DNA from: Octopus sinensis
Lineage: Eukaryota
NCBI RefSeq assembly: GCF_006345805.1
Contig: NC_043005.1
Location: forward strand, 80,724,001 to 80,788,000
Direction: 5' to 3'
DNA: 64,000 nt
In this document: positions 1-12,499 of the stretch, piece by piece
Numbering within the stretch: the first letter of the stretch is position 1
Layout of the letters: each line of letters starts with the position of its first letter
Position numbers and translations under genes: made by a program
The notes under the pieces: model-generated
Seen by the model: only the letters and a program-made list of their open reading frames with translations
Told to the model about the DNA's origin: nothing
Database searches by the model: none

Positions 1-383
1 CAACAAATTCAGGAGTTCTTTTCTTATCATAACGACCAAGGTGAGTTTTCCGAGCTGCCGTACCTTCGTAATTACTGGCGTACCTTTGTACTCACCATTA
101 GATTCTCCCAACTCTTTCTGAATCGTCTGCACTATCACCAGTTTGACACCCAAACACTCTGAAATGTTTATATTGGAGCTTCTGGCGTGAATGCCAAACA
201 GTACAGCATGTCGTTTCCAAATTTCTGGCAGAGTGAATTGCGTCATGCTGCTGTTTTTGTCACAGACAGTGCCCAACTGACCCTACTGTACTGTGTTAGT
301 CGACAAAATAAAAAAACAACAATGTGCACACGCGAAATAAAATTTATAAAATGCCTACAATTTACCCATCGCAACATGGGTTT
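1..383 (-). mobile_element. Tc1/mariner (DD37D/maT-like) transposon, 5' fragment with degenerate TIR
   Basis: Minus strand reads MTQFTLPEIWKRHAVLFGIHARSSNINISECLGVKL. Bases ~145-383 align by eye with 44530-44763, the 5' end of the copy that encodes a DD37D-type catalytic region. Confidence 0.7.
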
Positions 384-429
384 GTACCTAGAAAGTTCCT
401 CTCCGAGGCACAAGACCGAGATAAAGGGT

Positions 430-650
430 TTTTTTTATGGAAGACAAGCAGTCGTCCATGCATATCAGCCCTCTTCTCCAAGGAAAAGGCAAAGGTCAAT
501 ACAACTTGGTATTAGTGGCGTCGCAACTCATTCTCACAGTAGAGGAACGTGAAATGAAACATCTTGCTCAAGAGCACAACACATAACTTGGTGCAGGAAT
601 CGAACTCCGATTGTAAGCCCAACGCTCTAACCACTGAGCCACGCACCTTC
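430..650 (-). mobile_element. tRNA-derived SINE (family S4)
   Basis: Reverse complement begins GCGTGGCTCAGTGGTTAGAGCG (A box) ... GGAGTTCGATTCC (B box), followed by a non-tRNA body. Confidence 0.65.
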
Positions 651-757
651 CTAACCACCCCACTCCAGCATGTATGTATTTATAAATGTAAATACATACA
701 TCCGTATTCGCAAACATCAAGTGAATAGTTCTTGCGTTTTCGTTATCCATTAGTGAT
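537..757 (+). repeat. ~220-bp direct repeat, copy 1 (SINE head plus flank)
   Basis: CAGTAGAGGAACGTGAAATG...TTATCCATTAGTGAT recurs at ~1698-1918 with few substitutions. Confidence 0.9.
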
Positions 758-1334
758 AAGTGACTGTAATTTATAATATGTAACGTATTGGAATCCAAAT
801 ATATTTACATTGAAATATATTTACGAAATAACTAAGAAATATGAAAATACTGGAAGTAGAATGAGTACATATTCAGCGTTAAAAGGGAACACTACAAACG
901 GACCTCAGTTCGAAATAAACCATCATATCCCTAATATCAGCAAAAGAGAGTGATTTTCGTGTATCGTTATTCCCTCAACTGGTAGCGACAGAAAAAAAAT
1001 ATATATTTTTCAAGGGAGACAACTCTCTTATATTTGTGTATGACTTTACTTCCCTTGAAAGCTATAAAACATTTCTGCTTTTCGTTAAGAATAATATATT
1101 TTGGTGTCCGACAATGGACTAAAATAAACCCTCAGAGGTAGATAGAAATAGTAACACAGACTCAAAAGGAAACAGAAGTGCTTGAGAATAGTTTTGCATT
1201 CAATATGATGTGATCTACTACTACTACTACTACTAGACGTTTAAGAGAATGCAGTATTCTTTCTAATTTTGACACAAGTCCGTCGATTATGAGGGAAGGT
1301 GAAATTAAATTATCCTTTCTACTGGATTACACCG

Positions 1335-1462
1335 ACCCCCAATGCGTAACTGGTACTAATGTTATTGACTCCGAAAGGGTGAAAGGCAAAGTCGATCTCG
1401 GCAGAATTTGAACTCAGAACGTCGTGACGGGTAAAATACCGATAAGCATTTCGTCCGGCCCC
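1335..1462 (-). mobile_element. SINE family S2 (CORE-like), partial
   Basis: Reverse complement of the GAGTTCAAATTC..GTCGACTTTGCCTTTCA..GTACCAG consensus seen in many copies. Confidence 0.7.
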
Positions 1463-1697
1463 ACTCTAACTTACATATATATATATATATATATATCCCT
1501 GGTTGTGTTTTCGTAACTCGAAACCCGCTCCTATTTGTTTGGACATTGAACTCGCTGGGAAGCATCTGACTGAGCATACGGAATGTTCAGTAGGTAGTCG
1601 ACACCCATAGCTAACAGTTGCATACTGTCCTTCTCTTTCAAATTGTGAAAGCTAACCATAACGCTTAATCTAAATACAGTGAGATTTTAAGATTTTA

Positions 1698-1918
1698 CAG
1701 TAGAGGAACGTGAAATGAAACATCTTGCTCAAGAACACAACACATAACTTGGTGCAGGAATCGAACTCCGGCTGTAAGCTCAACGCTCTAACCACTGAGC
1801 CACGCGCCTTCCTAACCATCCCACCTCAGCATGTATGTATTTATAAATGTCTATACATACATCCGTATTCACAAACATCAAGTGAATAGTTCTTGCGTTT
1901 TCGTTATCCATTAGTGAT
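1698..1918 (+). repeat. ~220-bp direct repeat, copy 2
   Basis: Near-identical to 537-757. Confidence 0.9.
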
Positions 1919-1998
1919 TAGGGCTTATATGTGTTAATGTGGAATTAAATTATATAGGAGAGTATTGTAGTTCGCTCGAAGCATTGTGTATTGTTTGT

Positions 1999-2241
1999 AA
2001 AGAATGAAAAGTTTTGAATGGTGCAACAATGCACTATAATACAAACAATGGGCTATATACCTGTTGTAATTTAGTCATCCATAGTTTGATAATATTTCGG
2101 AATAAAATTCCTAAGGATACCTAAAGAAAGAATTTTATTCCGAAATATTATCGGAATATGGGTGACTAAATTATAACAGGTATATAGCCCATTGTATGTA
2201 TTATAGTGCATTGTTGTACCATTCAAAACTTTTTATTCTTT
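1999..2241. repeat. Long imperfect palindrome (~112-bp arms, ~19-bp spacer); foldback/MITE-like
   Basis: Arm 1999-2110 (AAAGAATGAAAAGTTTTGAATGGTGCAACAATGCACTATAATACA...AATAAAATTC) is the reverse complement of 2130-2241 apart from a few mismatches. Confidence 0.9.
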
Positions 2242-2289
2242 TAATTATGTAGACACACCCGTTGCTCAGGTGGAACTTTTTTTTATAAG

Positions 2290-2610
2290 CCCTCGGTGGA
2301 TATTACTCGTCTGGAAACCGTTCAGCGACGAGCAACCAAGAGAATACCCTCCATCAGGCATTTGCCATATTCTGAACGCCTTACTTCCCTTGGCATGGAT
2401 ACACTGATCTCCGACGACTGGCAGCTGACTTAGCACACACCTATAAAATTATTAACCATCTTACTAACAATAAATCTGAGTAACGTTTCAAACTCCACCT
2501 GTCTAACATCCGTGGACATGTTTAGAAAGTCAGAAACCAGCACAACTCCCATGATTTTCGGAAACATTTTTTCACTCTATGAGTTGCTGAAGTATGGAAC
2601 AAACTGCAGG
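2290..2610 (+). pseudogene. CR1-like LINE ORF2 C-terminal remnant
   Basis: Translates (with stops/frameshifts) as DITRLETVQRRATKRIPSIRHLPYSERLTSLGMDTL..RRLAADLAHTYKIIN..RKHFF..VAEVWNKL, the typical CR1/L2-group ORF2 tail. Confidence 0.8.
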
Positions 2611-2674
2611 CAGTTCCAAGAGAATTAATTGAAATATTAATTCACTTCATATTTTCTCCAATCTTTTTCTAAGT

Positions 2675-2875
2675 TGGCGAATTGGCGGGGTTCGTAGTAT
2701 CCATGATCCTACGAATCTAAAACAAAAGAAAAAGGATAAAAAACAAGCAAGCAAACAAAACAACGTTGCCTTTCATTCTTTTCAGGGTCGATAAGTACCA
2801 GTAAAGCCACGGGGTCGATGTAATCGATTTACTCTCTGCCCCGAACTTACTGGTCTTGTGCTAAAATTTGAAATC
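2675..2875 (+). mobile_element. SINE family S2, degenerate
   Basis: TTGCCTTTCATTC..GGGTCGATAAGTACCAG..GGGGTCGATGTAATCGA motif. Confidence 0.65.
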
Positions 2876-3114
2876 AATATTTCATGGAGATACAGAGAAT
2901 TATTCGTGAATGTCCTTCTTCGGACTATTCTGTGATTTTTTCCATAACCTGTTCACTGAATGGAGCAAGGCTGGTGAAGTTACCTTTCTCTCATGCATTT
3001 AAAATTACTCAATTATGTACGAAGGGGCTATAGTTTGCGTAATAGTTCTTGTGTATATTCATTAAAATGCATTTCGTATTCTTTTCACTTTATTTTTTCT
3101 TTCACTTTTTTTAA

Positions 3115-3231
3115 TCATTTGACTGCGGCTTTGCTGTGGCATCTCTTTGAAGGTTTCTTTTTACTCAAACACACCGGGCGTGAAGCGATGTAGGGGACAA
3201 ACACAGACACAAAGACATATAGACATGTACT

Positions 3232-3282
<51 letters not shown>

Positions 3283-3327
3283 ACAGACACACACACACCA
3301 CACACACACACACACACAAACATGCTC

Positions 3328-3365
<38 letters not shown>

Positions 3366-3500
3366 GACGGGGTTCTTTCAGTTTCATAAGGTCGGCCAGA
3401 GGCTATAAGAGAAGAGAATTGCTCAATGTGCCACACAGTGAGACTGAACTCGGAACCATTTGGTTGGGAAGCGAGCTTCTTACCACACAGCCATGCCAAT
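3115..3500 (-). mobile_element. SINE family S1 (tRNA head, CORE-like, internal microsatellite), degenerate
   Basis: TCATTTGACTGCGG end, internal (CA)n/(TA)n, GAACTCGGAACC..CTTACCACACAGCC head on the minus strand. Confidence 0.7.
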
Positions 3501-3961
3501 TTGACATTTCTTTTATATTTTTAGAATACATGATGAATGCATCTTCGAAACGCGCCGCAAATAAACAAAGATTTGAAAATTTATCTTCGCACCTCATTTT
3601 ATATTAATATACTTGGGAACTATAGAAATGGTTAGAAAGGGAAGACAACTCAGAGACAAACAAATATAATGCAGCATAGTTGCCTCCCTTGCCAAATCTA
3701 AGCACTTTGATATTCATTTTCCAAAATAATCTTTTCGATTATAGGCACATGTCTTGACATTTATGGGGAGTGAAGAAGTTTCTCTGGCACATAATTTATC
3801 AACACCCGAAAAGATAAAAGGCAAATACCTCAGCGGAATTAGAACTCAGAACTCAGAAATAATACTTGCACGAAAGAGTGCATTCTAACCTGGGGTCAAT
3901 GAACCCCTAGCGGTCCGCAATGGTAGTACTCGGGTTCCGAGAACTAAATTCAAAATTTCAC

Positions 3962-4355
3962 GAGTGGGTGTGCGGTAAGTAGCTTGCTTACCAACCACAT
4001 CGTTCCGGGTTCAGTCACACTGCGTGGCATCTTGGGCAAGTGTCTTCTGCTATAGCCCCGGGCCAACCAATGCCTTGTGAGTGGATTCGGTAGACGGAAA
4101 CTGAGAGAAGCCTGTCGTATATATGTATATATATATGTATGTGTGTGTATATGTTTGTGTGTCTGTGTTTATCCCCCTAGCATTGTTTGAAAACCGATGC
4201 TGGTGTGTTTATGTCCCCGTCACTTAGCGGTTCAGCAAAAAGTGACCGATAGAATAAGAACTGGGCTTACAAAGAATAAGTCCCAGGGTCAATCTGCTCG
4301 ACTAGAGGTGGTGCTACAGCATGGCCACAGTCAAATGACTGAAACAAGTAAATAG

Positions 4356-4358
<3 letters not shown>
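3962..4358 (+). mobile_element. SINE family S1, full length
   Basis: GTGTGCGGTAAGTAGCTTGC..GGGTTCAGTC..CTTGGGCAAGTGTCTTCTGCTATAGCC..(TA/TG)n..CAGTCAAATGACTGAAACAAG. Confidence 0.85.
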
Positions 4359-4394
<36 letters not shown>

Positions 4395-4459
4395 TGTATC
4401 TATCTATCTATCTATCTATCTATATCTATCTATCTATCTATCTATCTTCTATCTATCTA

Positions 4460-4521
<62 letters not shown>

Positions 4522-4542
4522 ATATATATCTATAACTAGAAA

Positions 4543-4970
4543 GGCGCATGAGTGGGTGTGTGATAAGAAGCTTGCTTTTCAAACACATGTTACCGGGTTC
4601 AGTCACACTGCATGGCACCTTGGGCAAGTGTATTCTGCTATAACCTCGGGCTGACCAGAGCGTTGTCAATGGATTTGGTAGACGGAAACTGAAAGAAGCC
4701 CGTCGTATATATATATATATATATATATATTTGTGTGTGTGTGTGTGTGTCTATCTGTCTGTCTCTGTTTGTTGTTTGTTCCCCCATCAAGGTTGTGATA
4801 ACCGATGCTGGTGTGTTTTCGTACCAGTAACATAGCGGTCCAGCAAAAGAGTCTGATAGAATAAGTATTAAGCTTACAAAGAATGAGTCCTGGAATGGAT
4901 TAAATCGACTAACAGGCAGTGCCCCAGCATGGCTGCAGTCAAATAACTAAAACAAATACCAGAAAAAGAG
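4543..4970 (+). mobile_element. SINE family S1, full length
   Basis: Same architecture as 3962-4358. Confidence 0.85.
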
Positions 4971-5005
4971 AATATATATATGTATACATATATATATATT
5001 ATATA

Positions 5006-5045
<40 letters not shown>

Positions 5046-5204
5046 CAAAAGTAGAGTCCACAGTAATCCATAGGTAGGAGAGGTGCGGCCGGAGGGTAAA
5101 ATATCCAAAAGAGAATCCGTAAAGGGTAGAAAGGTAGAAAGTCCAGTGGAGAAGTTGGTGGGTGATAAGAGGTGACAGGATCAACTGGTGCGACCACGTG
5201 AGCA

Positions 5205-5392
5205 TGTAATATATGGGGAGAATTCACAAAAAAACAACAACAAAAGACGAAGACAGGTGGTGTAGACAACAAACAGATGTATTAGTATAACGCTCAGGAA
5301 TTGAAAAGTATTTTACGTTTCGAGCCTACGCTCTTCCACAGAAAGGAACACAGAAAGAAACAAAGAGAGAAAAATGTGTGTAGTGGTTACCG
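5205..5392 (-). mobile_element. Solo terminal-repeat remnant, probably Penelope-like
   Basis: AAACAGATGTATTAG..ACGTTTCGAGCCTACGCTCTTCC..GAAAGGAACACAG. Related copies at ~17870-17995, 40608-40795, 59575-59745 and 61570-61720. The reverse complement has a GAGC/GCTC hairpin followed by GAAACGT, like PLE termini. Confidence 0.5.
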
Positions 5393-5393
5393 A

Positions 5394-5421
<28 letters not shown>

Positions 5422-5433
<12 letters not shown>

Positions 5434-5700
5434 AAACTGAAGTTGTGTGGTGTCTGTCTCCTACGATTTAGATTCCTAACTACTCCCACATTTTGCGGTG
5501 CAGTTTAACCAAAAGCGGGTATCTTATATACGTGATTCATATCGAGCCCTTCTGGGTATTAGCGCGCGTCTACGATGAGTCAACGATTTTTAAAAAAATC
5601 ATGAAAGTGATATATGATGAATTGGCATATGATAAATATTTTCCATCTAGGAAGAAGAGAAAAGACGATAGACTTCCACAGAAATAAATTTTGAAAGGAC
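5422..5700 (+). mobile_element. Helitron-like 5' end (3' end not found)
   Basis: A^TCTATATATATAAAACTGAAGTTGTGTGG closely resembles the 5' end of the complete Helitron at 36683-37072. Confidence 0.5.
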
Positions 5701-6011
5701 AGAGACGAGACTATGTAGAGTTTGGCATTAAATTCGATGCCCGCAGACCTTCAAATTAATCCAAAATTATTTCCAAAAGAATTCATAATATTCATAATAT
5801 GCAATTCCACAGGAATTTTACGGAAATATAAAAACAGTTTTCAGATACCACCCTGTCTATGTAATCCTCAAAACTCTCGTTTGCATTATGCACGTTTCAA
5901 GTGCGATATTATCAAACTGAAACAACATCTAAACAAAAATCGATGTTTTCGATTTGTTCAGGTCAGCACTGATCGATTAAATCCGGTCTCGATCATTCCA
6001 TCGCAAATGTC

Positions 6012-6775
6012 GCAGGCGTGGTCGTATTTTAAGAAACTTGCTTCCCAACCACATAGTTCCGGGTTCAATCCCACTGCGTGGCACTTTGGACCAGTGTATT
6101 CTACTATAGCCTCGGGATGACCAAAACCTTGTGAGTAGATGTTTTGTTGTTCCTTCTGAAGCCATACCTTGCTCATAAGGGCCGATTTTCCGGTTTCCTT
6201 AGCGTATAGGTTCCCCACTCCCTGGACGGGACGACACTCCGTCGCAGGTGAGCTGCAAGATGCAGGAGGAAAGAGTGAGAGAAAGTTATGGCGAAAGAGT
6301 CAGCAGAAATTCGCCATTACATTCTGCCGGAGCCGCGTGGAGCTTAGGTGTTTCGCGCAGAAACACACACATCGCCCGGTCTGAGATTTGAACCCACGAT
6401 CCCTCGACCGCGAGACCGCTGCTCTAACCACTAGCCCATGTGCCTCCACGTGAGTAGACGTGGTTGACGGAAACCGAAAGAAGCTCGTCGTGTATACATA
6501 AATGTATATGTGTGTGCATGTGCGTTTGTGTTTATTTATGTATATATTTATGTGTGTGAGAGGGTCTTTGTGTCTGTTTGTCCCACCTCCAATCACCCTC
6601 TTAACAACCGCAGTCGGTTTGTTTATGTCCCCGTAATATAGCTGTTCGGCAAAAGTTCCGATAAAACAAGTACTAGATTTAGAAATTAGTCCTGAGGTCG
6701 ATTTGTTCGACTAAAACCCTTCAATGTGGTACCCCAGCTTGGCCGCAGTCAAATGACTGAAACACGAAAAATAAC
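6012..6775 (+). mobile_element. SINE family S1 split by a nested S3 SINE
   Basis: 5' half ends at 6139 and 3' half resumes at 6450. GTGAGTAGA is duplicated at 6131-6139 and 6450-6458. Confidence 0.85.
6140..6449 (-). mobile_element. SINE family S3 (tRNA-Arg-like head), variant tail, 9-bp TSD
   Basis: Reverse complement starts GGAGGCACATGGGCTAGTGGTTAGAGCAGCGG..GGGTTCAAATCTC; TSD GTGAGTAGA. Confidence 0.85.
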
Positions 6776-6976
6776 GAAAAAAGAATATTTGTGTTTATGA
6801 GTGTACATATGTGTGTAAGTATGCATCTACGCATGTGCTTACATAATGGAAACCTGCATACAAACTCATTCTTTTTTAAAAACATTAATTAAGAAACTAA
6901 ATCTATTGTTTTGGGACATCACTTAAACAGCAACGCATTATTATGACTTCGTCTGTGTGGAGATTATGACGTTTAT

Positions 6977-7335
6977 GGAGGCGCAATGGTTAGGGCAGTG
7001 GTTAGGGCAGCGGACTCGCGGTCGTAGGATCGCGGTTTCGATTCTCAGACCGGGCGTTGTGAGTGTTTATTGAGCGAGAACACCTAACAGCTCCACGAGG
7101 CTCCGGCAGGGATGGTGGTGATCCCTGCTGTACTCTTTCACCACAACTTTCTCTCACTCTTACTTCCTGTTTCTGTTGTAGGGCCGGCCTTGTCACTCTC
7201 TGTGTCACGCTGAATATCCCCGAGAACTACGTTAAGGGTACACGTGTCTGTGGAGTGCTCAGCCACTTACACGTTAATTTCACGAGCAGGCTGTCCCGTT
7301 GATCGGATCAACCGGAACCCTCATCATCGTAACCG
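6977..7335 (+). mobile_element. SINE family S3, full length
   Basis: GGAGGCGCAATGG..GTGGTTAGGGCAGCGGACTCGCGGTCG..GGTTTCGATTC head; body colinear with 63411-63798. It may be one of the described octopus tRNA-Arg SINEs (not verified). Confidence 0.85.
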
Positions 7336-7483
7336 TGCGTAACAGGTACTTATTTAATCGACCCCGAAAGGATGAAAGGCAAAGTCGACCTAGGCGGAAT
7401 TTGAACTCAGAACGTAACGGCAGACGAAATACCGCTAAGCATTTCGCCCGGTGTACTAACGATTCTTCCAGCTCGCCGCCTTA
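7336..7483 (-). mobile_element. SINE family S2
   Basis: GTACTTATTTAATCGACCCCGAAAGGATGAAAGGCAAAGTCGACC..CCAGCTCGCC. Confidence 0.8.
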
Positions 7484-7974
7484 AAAATTTTTTTTTAAAT
7501 ACTAACCAAAAAATTATCCGCGATGTACTGAGTGCACGATAGGCGAACCGCGATATGACGAAGGATTGCTGAATCAGTTTCAGATAGCTACATTAAAGTT
7601 TATGCTAGTATTCCAACGAGAATACCAAAGTTGACTGGGCACTTTTCTATTTGCATGTATACATTACTTTATTTTGTAAGCAGAAAAATATATTATAACT
7701 AGATGAATCTCCCTTGTAATTATTTATGAAAATTGCAAAGTTCGGTCAAGAATGTTAAAGCTGTGTGTAAGTTCAGAGATTAGTTGTGATAAAGGTGGAC
7801 AGGATCGCGATAGGAACTTAATATTTTTCTTAAAAGCAATCCGGTTCATCAAAAATTTATATATGAGATAAGATTCTTATTTCTTGCAGCTGAAATGATA
7901 TACATGAAATACAGTATACTAGGACAGTTCTAATAAACTCTCCTAAAAGAGATTCCAAACTTCTTGAATGAACC

Positions 7975-8011
<37 letters not shown>

Positions 8012-8289
8012 CGCGCAACAACCGTGCTCGCTTCTGTGTATATGTATGAATGTATACGTATGTGTATGTAAATATAAATATTCATCGGCTTGAGTCAAAA
8101 GATTTTTTCTGATTATCACTGATGATGTTTAGCAACTCGTATCCCTATATTAGATCACCAATTTGATACAACTGTTTGTCTAGTAGTTGCTGAATTTTTC
8201 ATTCTTCATTTTCATATATAACATATAAACATTAATAGTTTATTCCTTATTTTTCGGCTTTGATAATGAATGGTGGGGGTGGGAAAGAT

Positions 8290-8840
8290 TGCAATTAACG
8301 CTATTTTACGCTACGTGTGGAAAATAGGACTGAGTGTAAGAGCAACGACTAAGAAATTAATATTGTTGAGGGGCCGGGAACTGTCGACGAACGTGTGGTA
8401 CAAAGCCATTTCAGACGTCTCAAGGAAGGTGGCACCAGTATCGAAAACAAACCAAGGTCAGAGAGATGTTCTGTAGTGGAATATCAGGCCTTGCTGGAAT
8501 GGTTGAACAACAGCCAAACTCAAGCACTCGTACATTGTCGGCAGAGCATAGTCCTTCCCAAGCATCAATAATCGACATCTCCATCAGTTTGGCCTTGTGA
8601 ACGGAAGCTGCTTAGAAGCTCCCCATGAACTGACCAATGACCAGGGTCAACGACGTGTCATTATTTATAACTAACTGCTGACAAAACCGTCGAATTGTAA
8701 CTGAGGATAAAAAGAGGTCTATTTTCGTAATCCTAATAGAAGAAATGAATAGCTATTTTTTGAGCAATCTTCACAACCAGTTGCCAGTCAAGGGCGATTT
8801 GAACAGAATTATCATGTAGTGTGTTTGGTGGAATTTCGTG
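8290..8840 (+). pseudogene. mariner transposase remnant
   Basis: Piecewise translation: LRYVWKIGLSVRATTKK..EGPGTVDERVVQSHFRRLKEGGTSIENKPRS..PHELTNDQGQRRV..RIVTEDKK..CVWWN (HTH region plus start of the catalytic domain). Confidence 0.8.
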
Positions 8841-10319
8841 CTTATCCCAGCTAGTCATGTTGTGAACACTAACCTTTAGGTTAACAACTGCCACGAAGAC
8901 AGGTGAGGAAGCAACAAGAAGGTGTATTATTTTGACACATACATGCTTGTATGCGCGTATGTACGTACGTGTGTGTGTGTTGCCGGTGGAGGCTTATGCG
9001 TGAGTTTGTGCATGTATAAATAAATATTTTTTGCGGTTATTCCATTCTTTTGTCTAGAAAAACCAAGCGTGCGACCATATATTTTTAATTGAAATTACTA
9101 TGGTGAAACAGATAAGTGCACGTCAATAATAAAATCATTTCTGAAGACGGACTGTTCCTACATTACGCGTGTCGTCAGTGCAAAAACGATGGAAGATTAC
9201 ATTACGTGTGTGTAGTTCTGGAAAGGAATACAATTAGGTAATAAAACAAATAACGTACTTTTCATATCAGAACTCTGAGAGCTATGAAAGTTAAAAGCAT
9301 GTTGACAGTGGATCCACAATTCAAATAAAGGTTGAGATTTCTAGCAGTGTAATACTGCGTACTCTTTCCTTCGATTTCTGCCATTTTTCACAGTTGTTAG
9401 TTTCCAAATAACAACGGACAGTTTAGAAAATCTCTATAAGAGATGAAAATAGTAGTTATACTGGGAAGTAATGTATATCACTATATCAATATGGCTGTTC
9501 GACGTTAGTACTGTTCTTAACCCCAGCAAGAGCCTTCTCCAGCTGGTTATCGATGTAATCTGCATTTGGTATATATTGAAAGCAGGGGAGCGAACTCCTA
9601 CCATTTTCTAGCAGACGGTGGGATCACCAGGCTGAACAGCTTCGGGTTACTTGTGCCCACTGTCTGCGGAAAAAAAACACTCGACCTCTAAAAATAAAAG
9701 CAAAAATTTTTACCCTTATTCTCTTTTACCAACCTACCACACTAAACATACTCTAATAATACATCTTTTCTAGAAACGTCTATTTTTTGGGGTGTTCTCT
9801 AGATATAATGAGACGCATAACGTATCTTCTTCTGGAATAGAGCACAAAGTCTGCATCAAATTAACTTCTGAGAAAAATTTATCTCAAAGTTTACAGATTA
9901 TTATTTTCAATTTCATTTTGTGATAGAATGCAAAATAGAAAAACACAATACTAATAGACAGACCTTGCTCACATCGATCACTCAACTACAGCGACTCTTA
10001 TCAAGTTTATAATAAAATATTCTTATATTCAATGAATCCAACTAACGAGTGTCATATTCGATTTCTTGCAATTGTCGTTTGGCTGTTTATTTAACTTTTA
10101 TTGAAAAACTATAATGCAAAAATAATGCGAAACTCTTTTCACATGCAAGCAACGTTTTTCTTCCTACGATTTTTAAAATAAAATATATTTTTTTTTAAAT
10201 TTTAACTTTTCCAGCATTATATAACAATCCCAATTGACGTAACAAGTTTTTCAATTAGATGCATATGCATATGTATATATGTAATCCCTCTCTATCTATC
10301 TCTTTCTTTCTCTCTCCCT

Positions 10320-10342
10320 ATATTATATTTATATCTATATGT

Positions 10343-10391
<49 letters not shown>

Positions 10392-10790
10392 TATATATAC
10401 ATATAATATATATTATATATTAATATATATATATATATATATCTATATACATATATATATAGTATGTGTTGTCAGTTATATCAATACGTATGTATGTATG
10501 TACGTTGTCGTATGTATATATATATATTATATATATACATGTATATATAATATAATATATATACTATATACATACATATATATATTGTATATATATATTT
10601 ATATGTAGGTACGTATGTATACATTATATATATATATTTATATTACATACCTACACACATATGCGTGTGTATGTATGTATATTATAATGTAATAGATATG
10701 CAGCACATATTGGTATATATATATATATATAGATAATATATATATATATATATATATATATAGACCATATATTATATATTGCATCATGCA
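10320..10790. repeat. (TA)n-dominated compound microsatellite
   Basis: Directly visible. Confidence 0.95.
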
Positions 10791-11069
10791 TACACAGACA
10801 AAGACACACATATATTCTTTCTCACGAACTGGAAATCAATATAATCTAAGGACACCTGCTCCATCGTATTTTTGTTTCATATATTCACCAGTTGCAGGAA
10901 CAGCGACGCCACCACTGCTGATGCGGTCGTCCGACGTTTCCTTCCTTTGTCTCTTCATCAAGACATCACCACCAGCACTAGAACCAGCACCAGCAGCAGC
11001 AGTACCACCACCACCACTACCATTGCCGCCACTACCAGAATCTTCACTGTGCTCTTTCTTCTTCACCAT

Positions 11070-11084
11070 CCCATCATCATCATC

Positions 11085-11148
<64 letters not shown>

Positions 11149-11334
11149 CCATGAGCACCAGCAAAAAAAGAACATCTCCGTTATCGTTGTCGTCTTCTTC
11201 TTCTTCTTCTTCTTCTTCTTCTCCTCCTCCTCCTTCTTCTTCTCCTCCTCCTCCTTCTTCTTCTTCTTCTTCTCATCCTCCTTCTTCTTCTTCTTCTTCT
11301 TCTTTTCTTCCTCCTCCTCCTCTTTCATCATCAA

Positions 11335-11371
<37 letters not shown>

Positions 11372-11530
11372 GTCATCATCATCATCATCATCACCATCAT
11401 CACCATCATCAGCATCATCGTTCACATTATCACTATCTTCCCTACCGCTACTATCTCCAACATCCTCCTCCTTCTCCTCCTCCTCCTTCTCCTCCTCCTC
11501 CTCCTCCTCCTCCTCCCTTCTTTTTCTTCC
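11070..11530. repeat. Concatenated triplet repeats (CAT)n, (CTT)n, (CTC)n
   Basis: Directly visible; explains the poly-S, poly-I and poly-M/D/E/K ORFs in the track. Confidence 0.95.
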
Positions 11531-12099
11531 TCCTTTTCTCATCATCGTAACTGATATTGTTGACAGTGACTAGTTGCCTTAGTTATTTTATGCATCATTA
11601 TTATTTTATTTTTCTCTTTTCCTTCAAATATATTAAACTCGCTAGATTTCATTCCTCTCAATGCGTCCATTTTGTTTTTCATCCCATATCTTCGTTTATT
11701 TATTTTTCCCTCGCAGCATTCGTTGTTATTGTCGCTAATGCTGTTGCTGTTGCTGTTGTTGCTATCAAACTGGCCGCTTACTTTAATTGACTTGGCGATT
11801 TATCTATCCATTTATATACACATTTAATTTTATGTTCGTTTCCTGTTTTGTACACTTACAATTTATTTAATATTTTTTTTTTTTTCATAATTACTTGCTG
11901 AACTCTCTAATATATATTCCACTGTTCAAGATGAAATTTTTCATCCAGATTCTTCATCTTCTACTCCAACGTCACATTACTGAATGCCATTATTGAAATT
12001 TGATATAACATGTTTACAGAAATACCTTTTCGTTTTAAAAATTATCTTATTACTTTAAAAAATATATATTTACCAATGTTGATTATTAACTTAGCTTTT

Positions 12100-12258
12100 A
12101 GTTTTTGTTTGTTTCAGTCATTGGATTACGGCCATGCTGGTGCACCTCAGTCTTACAGGCTTGAGTCGAAGGAATCGAACCCGTAGTTATTCTGTCGGTG
12201 ACTTTTGCTGAACCGCTAAGACTCGGGAGTGTTAACAAACCGACGCACACACATACAC

Positions 12259-12333
<75 letters not shown>

Positions 12334-12440
12334 CAGGCTTCGTTTAGTTGCTGTCTACTAGCAAGTCTTTGGACGGCCAGGGCTTTAGTAGAAGACACTT
12401 ACCCAAGGTGACTGAACCCATATCCATGTGGTTAGGAAGC
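12100..12440 (-). mobile_element. SINE family S1
   Basis: GTTTCAGTCATT..(CA)n..AGAAGACACTTACCCAAG. Confidence 0.8.
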
Positions 12441-12499
12441 TAGACCTACTCTATAGAAAGAAATGGTGAGGTCTCGTTAATAAAATTTGACAACACTTC

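Noticed and set aside
6977-7050. tRNA-Arg-like sequence (also ~63725-63798 and others)
   Set aside because: Continues into a shared SINE body, one copy has a TSD, and there is no complete cloverleaf; a SINE head, not a tRNA gene.
7510-7570. Possible pogo/Tigger-type MITE end (also a hAT-like end at ~3885-3945)
   Set aside because: Only one short degenerate terminus each; no partner TIR or TSD found.
10786-11573. Long poly-Ser, poly-Ile and acidic ORFs (up to 233 aa)
   Set aside because: They are translations of concatenated triplet microsatellites, open on both strands; no domain or splice evidence.
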